From: Anthoceros angustus | Lineage: Eukaryota > Plantae > Anthocerotophyta | NCBI GenBank assembly: GCA_010909165.1 | Contig: MU008160.1 | Span: 620,001-684,000, forward strand | Length of the DNA: 64,000 bases | Reading direction: 5' to 3' | Shown: positions 1-11,425 of the stretch, piece by piece | Layout of the letters: each line of letters opens with the position of its first letter | How positions within the stretch are numbered: position 1 is the first letter of the stretch | The notes under the pieces: generated by a model | Databases searched by the model: none | What the model saw: only the letters and a program-made list of their open reading frames with translations | Told to the model about the DNA's origin: nothing | Translations under genes and position numbers: made by a program

Positions 1-783
1 CTTGGCCCTTCTGCTTGCAACACCTCTTGCCGTACAACTTCAATCACACTTGTACTTTGCTCATGACCCTCTCCTTCCAACTGCGCCAGTGCTCTCAACT
101 CCTTGTCATGAAATCGGTCATCAATAGCCACAATCCGCTCTCTAGTTTTCACACGAGAAATAAAATCTGCATTCACATCCTGCTTCCCTGCAATTTCTTA
201 AACTCTTCCATCTCCTACGTACTTCGAAATCTTCGCTACCTTGCCAGATTCTAGCTCTAAGTCTTCTATGGCATTTGGATCTACATACGTTCCCTCCGGA
301 CTCCAACCTATGCTATCTCCCGAACCTTTATCAGGAAAATTCATATCATAGGCCTTGCTTTTGTAGAAAGCTACATACTTCTGGCAGTCGTGGTGGTACT
401 CTCTCCAAGGAACCATAAATCCTTTCTACATAATCATACAAAGGTTCCCTCCTCTTTCTTCGCAAAGTCCTCAACCGGGCCGACGTGTGATGTGCATAAC
501 TCAGGCCACATAATCAGTTAAAAAATGCAGCTTTCAAATCATCCCAATCCGGTGGTGGTGCAGCCCCATAGGTACGACTATACCAGTGTCGGGCATGACT
601 TTGAAGCACTCCAGGAAAAATTCGGAAACCTATGACTGAGGCTTCTAAATTTACATGAGACACATGTTCAAAAGTTCACACAAAAGCCTCGGCGTCTTCA
701 CCTCGTTTATTCTCCCCAAATTTTACATATTGCTGGCGGCTATGGGGTCGCTGACTCCCACCACCTCCGCTTCCTCCACTCAT
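1..783 (-). pseudogene. gag: Ty3/Gypsy-type gag of a third element (runs off window start)
   Basis: ATG at 783: MSGGSGGGGSQRPHSRQQYVKFGENKRGEDAEAFV*TFEHV...RIFPGVLQSHARHWYSRTYGAAPPPDWDDLKAAF, then EPLYDYVERI; resembles the Retrotrans_gag pattern. In-frame TGA shared by all copies. Confidence 0.75.
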
Positions 784-959
784 GGTCGAGGGCGTCCACA
801 GGGCAGCTACTCCAGCTCCTCCCTCCAGACTCCAACCACTACCAGGGAGAGGGGTGTTTTACAAAACCCCTTTTGCAAATCTCCCAATCTTTACAGCTCT
901 AAACACCTCCGTTATAAATTGGTTTAAGTTTCGCTGGTGTGGCAAGTTTTAAGACTCGG

Positions 960-1430
960 TTTACGACGGGGTTTCTAGTTGGATGATGTGGCACTCTTTT
1001 GGGTGCTCATTTACAACAACGGATTCATGACGTGGCTCTCACGTTGTACATAACGTTGTAAAAGCTTTTTTTTTTCAAAATTTGATCTTTATTTTTCTAA
1101 AAATCTTTATTAACATCTCTAATCACAAAAATATGATTGGAAGCCATTTACAATGCATGTATGACGTGGCTCCTTGTTAGATTACGTTAAAGCCTTTTCT
1201 CAAAATTTGTTCTTTATTTCTTCAAAATAAAGAACAAATTTTGAGAAAAAGGCTTTTACAACAAAGATGATATTTATTGTAGATTACGTTGTAAAAGCCT
1301 TTTTCTCCAAATTTATTATTATTATTATTATTACTATCTATAATAATATAATATAATAATGATAATCACAAAGATATTTATTAATAAACCCAAAAAAAAT
1401 ATGATTGGAGGCCATTTACAACAGAAGAGA
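960..1430. repeat. AT-rich modular repeat block with a 31-bp-stem hairpin (mirrors ~22980-23340 and ~56150-56510)
   Basis: TACGTTGTAAAAGC(C)TTTT x3; AAAAATATGATTGGA.GCCATTTACAA x2; hairpin 1189-1256 (perfect in the copy at 56319-56385). Confidence 0.8.
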
Positions 1431-2863
1431 TGATTTACGGAGGTGAAAGAACGATGGAAAGAGACCATCTAGGAAGGGACAACAAATGGGGACCCGGGGG
1501 TCGGAGTAAAGAGGAGCAACCGAGCTCCCTACCTAAAGTGACCAATCGCACTCACAATGTCATATGCGTAGAATAAACGGCCCGCAAACCACGAGGAAGA
1601 GGAAAGGCATCACCCACCGCCGCCTTTATGGAGAATCGCTGAGAGCGCCTGAAGAGCAATAGAAACCCGGAAGTATGCCGTGAAGTACGAGAGGACAGAC
1701 TATGCCTCACAAGATGGTAAGCTTTGGCACAAGACTTGATGAATTTGTCAAAGTCCTCACCATTGCCCCATACGCTTTAGAGCAAGCGGATAAAGAGGTG
1801 GCCCGCTTGCATCCCGCTATACTTATGGACCTTGAGAGCCAGACGGCAGCACCCCACCGGACTTGGTGATGACTGAGCGGAGGTGGCGCCACGGTGGTCA
1901 AGAACCACTACATCCGCCACCACAACCGGTCGCCACGACAAGGTATAAGTCCGCCCGATTGAACGACCAAGAAGAGTATACTCCCGCCTCCTCCGTGCCA
2001 TATAGCCACTTTCGCAGCAATGGCAAACATGACGCCACGGATGGCGCCATGAGTGGCAATGCGCGACTTCTGGGGACAACGAGCAAGGTGGACACCGAGA
2101 CGCCAAGAGCAGAGCCGCACTCACAAGTGAGGAGCGAAGAAGCCACAGCCGGAGTAGGCCGAGACGGAATCGCATCGCAGAGTGAAGGTGGTGCGATGTG
2201 AAATCCTCATGCATGGGCGGGCCAAGAGCCAAGCACCGCCTCCCTTCCTGTAACAAGAGCAAGCCGCGCCTAGTGGACTCGGAGATGGAGGGGTCCCGGA
2301 GGATGATCAAAAGCCCGGCCGAGCCGCTCGAGCAGATGCCTCGCAATCCCTAAAGCCATCGTGATAAATGTAGAGAAAGGAGGGAAGTCCTTCCGAGCAT
2401 CTCCGATAACATGTCTCCGGCCCGCCTCAAGGACGATTGAGAGAGAAGGTTCCTCCTCCACACTTGATACGAGATCCTCGAGAAAGGGCTTGTCATGGAG
2501 GATGAAACGGAAGCCAAGGCAGAGGGCCCAACTCCCCAAGAAAGCCGGGAAGAGACCTATGAGAGCAGCCCCACGCCCAAATTGCACAGCAGTGGATGCT
2601 TGCTGGCCAGTCGCCTGTGGCACTCAAAAGCCCCGAGCCCAAGATGTCCCCAAGAGTATCCATAATCTTCAGATCAAACCCCGAGCCGGACAAAAGGACC
2701 TGAGACGGAGGCAGACGAATGAGGTACCTGGCGCCTAGCAAAACAAGGAAAGGATTCCAAAGGCCACCGAGCATCCTCCAAGAAAGGGAGGTCTTCAATG
2801 GGAGAGGTCCTCTGCAAGGGCCTTGTATGGGACTTTTGGCCGATGGCCAGCCGCACAATCCCG

Positions 2864-3549
2864 TGTCGTTGTAGGAAGAAGTCCGCTCCAAGGGAATGAT
2901 AGGCCCGCTTACCGCTTCTGTGTGATTACTGCCCCTAGCGCCTGCTCACCTCAACTCACACACACATACTCCTAACTACTCACAACGTTTCACCGTGACA
3001 GCCCGTATGGCTAAACGCTTAAGGGACCTGCTCATCAGATCGCTCACATACATCCTCACGATCCGCCCTTTCTCTCTCACGCTACACTCTTCGCCTTAGA
3101 AAAGACGCTGGTTACGCAGCCTCCTCCGCTGGCCGCCTCCGTCCGTGCTCTACACGCCCTCCCGAGTTCCTCCGCTCACGTTGCCCGCTCGGCCGGGACC
3201 GCCCCGGACGAGCACGGTCACCACCCTTCCCCGCACACACCACAACGCTAAGTCCGCCACCGGACCTTGATCAATCTCCCGAGTCGCCGCGGCTCGCTGA
3301 CTCAGACTCACGCTTAGCAAGAAGACTCACAAAGGTCCGCAAGAACGCGATCAACACCAAGAGAAAGATGCTTTACTAGAGCAGCCTCACCCTCTTATAT
3401 CGCGCCCAAGGTGGCGCCTTTATTACACCCCTATTCGAAATGATAGCCACCGGTATACCCTAATCGCCGCCCACCATTTATCCCCTATCTCCTTCGCCGA
3501 CGTGGAAGGTCCTGGCCCCGCCCAATGGGTGGTCCAACTCGTCCCGACA
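2864..3549 (-). repeat. Putative 3' LTR of Gypsy element A (~690 bp; mirrors ~20940-21604 and ~57884-58548); boundaries approximate
   Basis: TGTCG...CGACA terminal inverted pentamer; minus-strand TATAAG at ~3394-3399 also seen in element B (~25048-25053); homologous to 24554-25204. Confidence 0.55.
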
Positions 3550-3767
3550 GCTTGTGGTGCACCCAATCGGATGATCCGTGAGGCGGGCCCTCCTCTCCCG
3601 AATCTCGCCGTTACCGGGCGGTTCGACAACCGCTACACACGACGCCATCCTCCCTCGGCCCCTCGGGTCCTTCACGGGGCCACCACCATCGGCCTCTAGC
3701 GTCGGCGGGGCTCCTCCCCACCCCCCGAGGTCTGCCCCTCGACTCGAACTCGTGAGTCCGCTTATTT

Positions 3768-3915
3768 CGGGTCCGCCAGGTCCGACCTTGTTCGGGTCCG
3801 GACCTCGTGGTCCGGACGGGGTCCGGACTGTGGTCCGGACGACGGGGTCCGGACTCGTGGTCCGACTTATTACCGAGGTCCTGTGGTCCGGCCTCCGGGT
3901 CCGGACAAAGTCCGA
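3768..3915. repeat. Degenerate tandem array of GGTCCG(G)AC (also ~20575-20760, ~25375-25530 and mirrors)
   Basis: About ten GGTCCG/AGTCCG cores separated by 3-12 nt. Confidence 0.75.
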
Positions 3916-6298
3916 CTCACGCCCACCCTTTCCTCACGGACCTCCGTGGCTCTCCTCAAGTCCTACTGCTCCCGATCGCCTGTGACTTCGCTGGCCCCTC
4001 CTTCCATGGTGAGGTGCGGGTGCTTACCTGATCCGCCTCCTCGCTCGCCTCCGCTGCCTCCCGCTATCTCCAAACAGGCCACTAGGGTCCCCTGTGGCCC
4101 TGTGGCCTTCATCTCCTTCTCGAGCCTTCCGTGGGTCCGTCTGCTTGCGCCGCCGCCGAGGCTTTCATCGCTTCAGAGCTCAGTGGTAATAGGCAAAGTC
4201 CGAATCGACTTGTTGAATTGCCTCTTCCACGTGTGCGGGCACCCATACTCCCTCCGCCATAAGTGCCCCGGAGTCAAGGCGCGCCGCTGTTGGGCCACCT
4301 CCCGGCCGACGGATGCCTGAGCTGGTCAGATCACGCGAGGCTACAAGGGCGGCCTCGTCACCTCCTACTACTGTCTACCGCCGCCTCCCCCTGCTGCTTC
4401 TTTCCATCGCCACCATCTGCCATAGGCACTGCTCCTCCGCCTTCTCAGGGACTGCCAGCCTTCTTTCTCGCCCAGGCTCGCCTCCGCTCATTCCGCCTTT
4501 AGCCCGCCTCCTCTCCAAAGGCGGATACCTCCGTCCGACACCGGACTTCCTCCACTCGTAGCCCGGCAACGCCCAACCTCGATAGTCGCTGATTTTCCTC
4601 CGCCTTCGGGACGGAGCCGAGGCACTCTGCTTCGCGTTTCGAGGTCGGGATTCTCCTCGTTGAGAGTCACCTGCCTCCGACGGACCTTGGAGTTGTAGGC
4701 CAGCTGCTCCGGCTGGCCCCATCCGCCGCCGCCCCTTCTACCTCTCAGCACTGCACTTGAGATCCCTATCTCCCGAGGCCGCCCTGCCTCGCCCATAGCC
4801 GCCGGCCTTCGAGTTAGCCGCCTGGCCGACCTTCTCCACCGGGTTCCCGATCACGCCTCAGAGGATCCCTGGCCGCTTGCCGGCTTCCGACTTCGCCCGC
4901 TTACCTCGGGCCTCGCCCACTTGGCGCCGCTTAGCCGGCCGCCTCCGCCAGTCCCGAGCTCTCCGGCCGTCGCGAGTGTCTTTCCGCCACCCGGCTGCTT
5001 CTTCTCGATCCGAGCGAGGGACTCCGCCTTTCCTTTGCCCCTACCGCCTCACTTGCTCTTGGAGTTCCACCATCCTCCTCCGGTGGCCTCCACTCGGGTC
5101 TTCTCTCCACTACCACGTAGACCCTAAAGCATTCTGGCCATGACGTGGTAGAAGGATCGCCGTGTTTCTTCCACTCACCGCGAGGCCCCCACAAAGTCCG
5201 AGTGGAGCTGCATTTCGGTCCGGGCCAAGGACCTCCATACCGCAGCCCCGAGTAAGTCCGGATCGGGTTCTCCTGATCTAATCCAGACCCTCGTGTCCCA
5301 GGGTGAGTGGGTCCCGAGTCTCACCCTCTTGGCCTCTTGGCCTCTAACCCTTGTGCTCTTCTCCTGGGCCTTGAGGAGGTGAGGGGTCCGGAGCAAGCTC
5401 TTGGCTCCGCTTGGGACAGACTGCCGGATGGGCCGCTGCGACTTCGCCTCCCGCTTTGTGGAAGTAATCATGGCGTTGTCTCAGAATCGCTGGGTCTGCA
5501 GCGCCTTTCACCCTACGCCCGCATTACTCGCCTACAGCTGGAAGTGAATACCGCTATAACGGCTCAAGGTTACGGCCCCGCCTCACCTGCATGCCCGACC
5601 TCCACCAGGTGGCCCAGCACGTGCCAATCCCTCGTCTGGGTCTCACGCCCACCCCAGGTTACTTCCGGCGATTTCTATCCTATTTGACCGGGTGGGTCCT
5701 GACTTATCCTGCCATCCCAGAGTCCGAGCTCGCATAGTGGTACCAGTCCGTTGTTCACCTGTAGTCCGAGTATACCCGAGCCTCGTCCAAGCGCTACCCC
5801 ACTTCTCCCTTCCACTTTATTTATCCTTCAACTCTAAAAATGTAAACCCCTACTTATTTCCTAACTCCTGAGCATAGCCCACATACTCCCTTCTCATCCG
5901 TCAATGCCTCCGCCAACACTAAGCATGATACTCTCACCCGCCACCCGCTTACTCCGAGTGAGCACAGCCTCCATCTAGCCGAGACCTGGACTTGACCCGC
6001 CGTCATACTTGCACCACTTGTACGGACCCATCCATCTCTGTGAAGTTTCCTGGAAAATGCATGTGATTTACATCATAAAGGAGGGCCAGTCCCTCCTTAT
6101 ATACTCCCTGACCGTAGGGCGATCGTACAATCTTTCACCGGGCTTTTGCACTCATCTTCAAATTGAGCTTCTTCCCCGCCCTCCGTGTCCGTGACACTCC
6201 TAAGAGTCGCCGAGTTGGCTTTCCTCCTCCGCCGCCTCCTTCCATCATTACCGGGGTAAGTGGGCACTTCAAACTCTACCGGCATGAGAGTGTCCGTA

Positions 6299-6538
6299 GG
6301 TAAGGGTATTAAAGCCCAATATGCTTAGACTAATACACTTAGTCTAAGTTAGGTGTCGATTAAGTATCATTAGTTAGCTTGGAAGCTAATCACTAGGAAG
6401 CTTCTTGTGCTCCTTCCTTAGCTTCTTGTGGAGCCCTATTGGAGGTATAAATACCCTCAAGCCTCATCTCAATGTGAGAGAGCTACTCTTGCCTCCTCCT
6501 CTCCTCTCCTCTTCCACCATGGTGCCCACGATCCTTCA
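6299..6538 (+). repeat. Copia 5' LTR
   Basis: Direct repeat of 11161-11425; ends in CTTCA followed by the PBS. Confidence 0.9.
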
Positions 6539-6609
6539 AGCGGTATCGAGCCATGGTTTGGTTGTGTTGTGATGCTAGAATTTTCTAGCTGCGGGACGGC
6601 TCGTGGAGT

Positions 6610-7260
6610 GCAGGTGATCGGCGGCGTGCAGCCGCGGCGGATGAGGTGGCGAGGCAAGCGCGACCGCGGGCGGCGAGCGGCGGAGGCCGTGGCGGCGCGG
6701 CAGCGGGCGTGCGAGCCGGCCGCGGGCCCGGCAGGCAGCGGCCGCGCGGCCGCGGCGCGGGCGGGCCGCGGGCGGCGGCCGAGGCAGCAGGCGCGGCCCC
6801 GGCCAGCCCGCGGCGCCGCCGGCCCAGCGCGGCCTTGGCCCGCGGCGCAGCGCCTTGAGCCCCGCGGCCGCGGCCGGCAGCGCCCGCGAGCCAGCGCCCG
6901 AGCCGCAGGCCGAGCCCGCGCCAGCGCGCCAGCCTTGCGCGCCCATGAGCCCGCGGCGCCGCGCCGGGCGCCAGCGCGGCCGCGCGGCGCCTGGCGAGCC
7001 CGCGGGCGCGCGCGGCGCCCGCGCCAGCAGGCCCCGCGGCCTTGGCGTGAGCCCGCGAGCCCGCGCAGCGCCGCCTTGAGCCCGCGCAGCGCCCGGCCGG
7101 CGCGCCCGGCCGCCAGCGCGCGCGGCCGCGCGGCGCGCGCGCGGGGTGTGGCGCGGCGCGTGTAGCCGCGGCCTTGCTGGCCGTCTTGGCGCAGCGCGTG
7201 GCCAGCGGCGTGCGTGGTAAGAGTGCGTGGCGGCGGGCGGCGGCAGGCGTGGCGGAAATT
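6610..7260. repeat. Extremely GC-rich low-complexity tract in the Copia 5' leader (also ~17290-17930 and ~61555-62200)
   Basis: e.g. 6721-6780 is 58/60 G+C; CGCGG/GGCC/CCCGC words; lies between PBS and gag ATG. Confidence 0.9.
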
Positions 7261-7396
7261 GAGGTCGGGCGGTGGCGGTCGTCGAGCGATTCGGATTACT
7301 CGGTGGAGCGATCAGCGGCAAAATACCGGGCCACGGTGGTCTTCTTTGACTTTTCTAACAAGGCGAGTTGAGTGTTTAATGTATCGATTTTTGAGT

Positions 7397-10300
7397 CATG
7401 ATGTCTTCATCGTCGAGAGCGTCATGTTCAATATCGAGAAGTTAGATGGTACTAACTTCCGTTCGGAAAGAACAAGTGTATAATGTTCTAGTGCGAAAAG
7501 CGGATCAAGCCCATAAAGTTGTTAGGCGTCAAACGGATAGTATGACGGGATGAGTGGCGGGACTGGATGAGCTTGCTAGATCTACTATCATGCTAACATT
7601 GTCAAAAGCGGTGTACTTCAATGTGAAAGATAAGACCACGAGTTACGGATGGCGGTATGTGACTGTATGAGAAGCAAAGTGCGGCTTCTCGGTGTATTGG
7701 TTGAAGCTGGTGGACTTGAAGATGAAGGAAGGGACGAGGATGTCCGATCATCCGAATGATTTCAATACCATTTTCAGACTCTCCTCTCATCTCAGGTTTC
7801 CCAGTTAGTAGAGCTATGTTTCATTGGTCACAGGAGGTTGGGACTACCTTTAAATCGGCTGAGTAATTGCCGCTAGTGGTCTTACCATTGTAAATGTAGA
7901 AGGTAGCACATGGCGAGGAGGTGAGCAGGAAAAACATGGAACCTTCCAAAGGTTCCGGTGCCCTCATAGTGAGAGGGAGGTCCCGCTGCGAAGGGAAGCA
8001 ACAGGAGAAGCTTCTCTCGTAGCAAATCTCGTAGTAACAAGAATGTGGAGTGTCACTATTGTCACAAAAGGGGTCACTTCAAAAAGTGCGAGAAGTTCAA
8101 AAGGACCAAGGAAAAGAGAAGCGGGACAAGAAGGCGACTTAAATGCATCGAGTTGGAAGAGTTAAACTACATTGAGGACGGAGATGTCCTTATCTCTTCT
8201 TACTTGAATCTTGCAATTAACGTGGATAGTCATTTATTACGCAATTGGATAATTGACTCGGTGCATCTTTCCATGTTACTCCTCATAGAGTGGTTTAAAC
8301 GTATGATGCTACAAGGAAAGGATCGTTAGGCTTGGAAATAACTATGCATGCGGATCGCGGGCGTAGGTGATGTGCAACTCAAGTTTGACAACGGATCTTC
8401 ATTCATCTTTGAAGGGCGTTAGGCATGTTCGAAGTTGACAAAGAGCATGATTAGCGCGGGGCGGTTGGATGATCTTTGGTTACCACTTTGGTTTGGGGAT
8501 CACTCTTGGAAGATCTCCAAAGGTTCTCTTGTGTTAGCTCGTGGATCGAAGTGTGGCACTTTGTACTCACTTGGTAAACCATCAAAGATCATGATGTATG
8601 ACAGAGCGACCAAATGTTTCCTTGTGGCATTGCGGTTAGGACATATGTCTCGAGAAGGGAATGAAGGTTTTATCTCGTTACGGTTATATCATTCTTAACT
8701 TCTCGATCTCTCGATGTGTGAGCCTTTGTTTATATGGGAAGCAGACAAAATCATCACATCGAACACGAGGTAAAAGTAAGTAAACCTCTTGAGTTGGTTC
8801 ACGATGTATGTGGACCTATGCCTCTTGCATCATTAGGCGGTGCCTCTTATTTTGTCACTTTCATAGATGATTTCTCACGCAAGGTGTGGGTTTTATCCTT
8901 TGAGGAAAAGGATGAAGTTACGGTGTTTGAAATTTGTCACCCTTGTAGAATCGATCACCGATTGAAGTGTCTAAGGGCGGATAATGGTGGAAGTATGTTT
9001 CCGGTCATTACATGATTCCAAGGAATCAAAAGAGAATTGGCCGTATACTCCTCCACAAAATGGTGTGGTGGCGGATGAAGCAGAACCATTCGAGAGGATC
9101 GTAGTTTGTTGTCAAACTGGATTGCCTAATGGGTTTTGGGCGAGCGGTGTCTCTGCAGTTCATCTTATTAATGATCTCCTAATAAAACATTGATGAGCGA
9201 GTTCGGAGGAGCTATAGTGCGGAAAGAAACCATCCTACAAGCATCTGCGAGTGTTTGGGCGTGAGGCATCTTGCCATGTTCCAAAAGAGTTTTGGGACAA
9301 GTTGGCACCTAAGTCCAAGAAATGTATTTTTCTTGGCTATGGTGATTCGGTGAGATGGGATACCGTTTGTGGGATCCGAGGCTAGAAAGGTTGTTCGTAC
9401 TAACACGTGTTCTTCAATGAGAACAAGATGCAAGCCTACTCCAAGCTGGAGGTGCGAAGGGTGATCTTCCAAGAAGATGGACATGATCATCATGGGCGGG
9501 TTGATACCGTGGTAATGTGCGAGCACATTCCTCCACCGATGAAGAACCAAGAGTCGAACAAGCTCCTATAGAGGTGCACATGCCGTAGGTCGAGCTTACG
9601 ACCTCGGCGGTATGATCCATCTCTGGATTATGTTATGCGGAGTTGTGGGGAACCCTCTTCTTACAAAGAGGCTCTGTCAGCAGTAACAAGTGGGAGAAGG
9701 CCATGCGATCGAAATGAATTATGCATAAGAACCAAACTTGGGAGTTGGTTCTTGCCTAAGGATAAGAAGGCACTCAGGCAAATGGTGTACAAGATGAAGG
9801 TCATACGCTTGATGGCAAACCAAAGTACAAGGCTGGTTGCTAAGGGTTTCAAGCAACAACAGGCATTGACTTTGATGAGATTTTCTCACGAGTCAAAATG
9901 ACAACTTTGCGATGTGTTCTTGCTTTGGTTGCAGGATGATATGGAACTTGACGGATGGATGTCAAGGCGGCATTCTTGCATGGTGACCTTCAAGGACGTC
10001 TACATGCACAACGGAAGGTTTTGTTGAGAAGGGCAAAGAGCATCGGTGTGCGAGGTTGAGGAAGAGCCTTTATGGTTTGAAGCAGGCACCAGTGGTATCA
10101 CAAGTTCCACTCATTTATGCTTTCTCAAGGCTACAAAGCGTGGCGATGAGGATCATTGCCTCTATCTGAAGCAAGCTAAGGATCAAAGCTTGCTCATTTT
10201 GATCCTCTATGTGGATGATATGCTAATTCTTTGGAGCGATCTTGATGAGATTTGTTGAAGTCAAAGTTGAATGCTCACTTTGAAATAGCAGACTTGGGAG

Positions 10301-11115
10301 GCGAGCCATATACTTGGCATGCGTATTCGTCGGAGCAGACATAAGCGTCGCTTTATTTGTCTCGAGACGGAATACATTAAGTGCTTCAACGTTTCAACAT
10401 GGAGAAGGAAGCCATTGGGTACTCCATTGCCTCCATATGTGAAACTTTCAAGCGCGGATTGCCCAAGCTACGAGGAGGACAAAAGCTGAAATGGAGAAGG
10501 TCCCATACTCATCATAGGGAGTTTGATGTATGCAATGATTGCTACGTCACGACATTGCCTTTGCGGTGGGAGTGGTTAGCGAGTTTATGTCAAACCACGG
10601 CAAGAAGCATTGGGAGGCGATAAAAGGAGTTATGAGGTAATGGTACAAAAGCTTTGTGCATATGTTTTGGTAGTGAAGATGCATGTGTGGTTGGGTACGG
10701 ATGCGATTATCACGGATATGGACAAAAGGAGGTCCACATCGAGTTATGTCTTCACGTGCCTTTGGAGGCGATCTCATGGCGATCTCGTTTGCGATCGTGC
10801 ATTCGCTATCTACCACAGTAGTATGTTGCGACAGCGAGGCTTGCAAGGAAGCCATATGGCTTGCTCGTTTAGTGGGAGACTTGGGGATCAAGGTTGAGTG
10901 CCGGTGTTGCATTGTGATAGCAGTGCTATCCAATTGGCAAAGAATCCGTGTTTCATGCGAAGACTAAACATGTGGATGTGAAGTATCACTTCATTCGAGA
11001 GGTGTTGGACGACAGAGGGTACAACTTGTCAAGGTTCACACTGACCGAACCCTAGATATTCTTACCAAGGGACTCTCTACAGCAATTTGCACAAGCTCGG
11101 ACAATGGGCATGAGA
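7397..11115 (+). pseudogene. gag-pol: Copia gag-pol polyprotein, fragmented by indels
   Basis: MFNIEKLDGTNF (gag); CHYCHKRGHFKKC zinc knuckle; WIIDS (protease); RLGHMS; DVCGPM..ASLGGASYFVTFIDDFSRKVWV (integrase); ARLVAKGFKQ and LILYVDDMLI (RT); DKRRSTSSYVFT, EACKEAIWLARL, FHAKTKHVDVKYHFIRE (RNase H). Confidence 0.93.
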
Positions 11116-11160
11116 TAGTCCATTCTCCTCTGAAGGTAAATTGGCCTTTAAGTGGGAGGT

Positions 11161-11425
11161 TGTAAGGGTATTAAAGCCCAATATACTTAGACTAATACAC
11201 TTAGTCTAAGTTAGGTGTCAGTTAAGTATCATTAGCTTAGCTTAAGCTAATCACTAGGAAGCTTCTTGTGCTCCTTCCTAGGAGCTTCTTGTGGAGCTTC
11301 CTAGGGAGCCCTATTGGAGGGTATAAATACCCTCCAAGCCTCATCTCAAATATAGTGAGAGAGCTACTCTTGCCTCCTCCTCTCCTCTCCTCCTTCCACC
11401 AGCATGGCTGCCCCACGATCCTTCA
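11161..11425 (+). repeat. Copia 3' LTR
   Basis: Starts TGTAAGGG right after the PPT and ends CTTCA. Confidence 0.92.
11322..11329 (+). promoter_or_regulatory. TATA box of Copia LTR (TATAAATA)
   Basis: Canonical TATAAATA, present at the equivalent position in the LTR copies at ~6447, ~18100 (-) and ~61384. Confidence 0.7.

Larger units (their letters stand above)
6299..11425 (+). mobile_element. Full-length Ty1/Copia LTR retrotransposon (Tnt1/Tork-like), ~5.1 kb, nested in a Gypsy integrase
   Basis: LTRs ~6299-6538 and 11161-11425 (TGTAAG...CTTCA). tRNA-iMet-like PBS AGCGGTATCGAGCC after the 5' LTR; PPT AAGTGGGAGG before the 3' LTR. Domain order gag-PR-INT-RT-RH. Probable TSD CGTGG/CCACG. 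Confidence 0.95.

Noticed and set aside
6539-6553. tRNA-Met gene
   Set aside because: Only a short primer-binding site complementary to the tRNA 3' end; no cloverleaf.
6299-11425. Dating the Copia insertion from LTR-LTR divergence
   Set aside because: Differences between LTRs are dominated by error-like indels, so any age would be meaningless without polished sequence.
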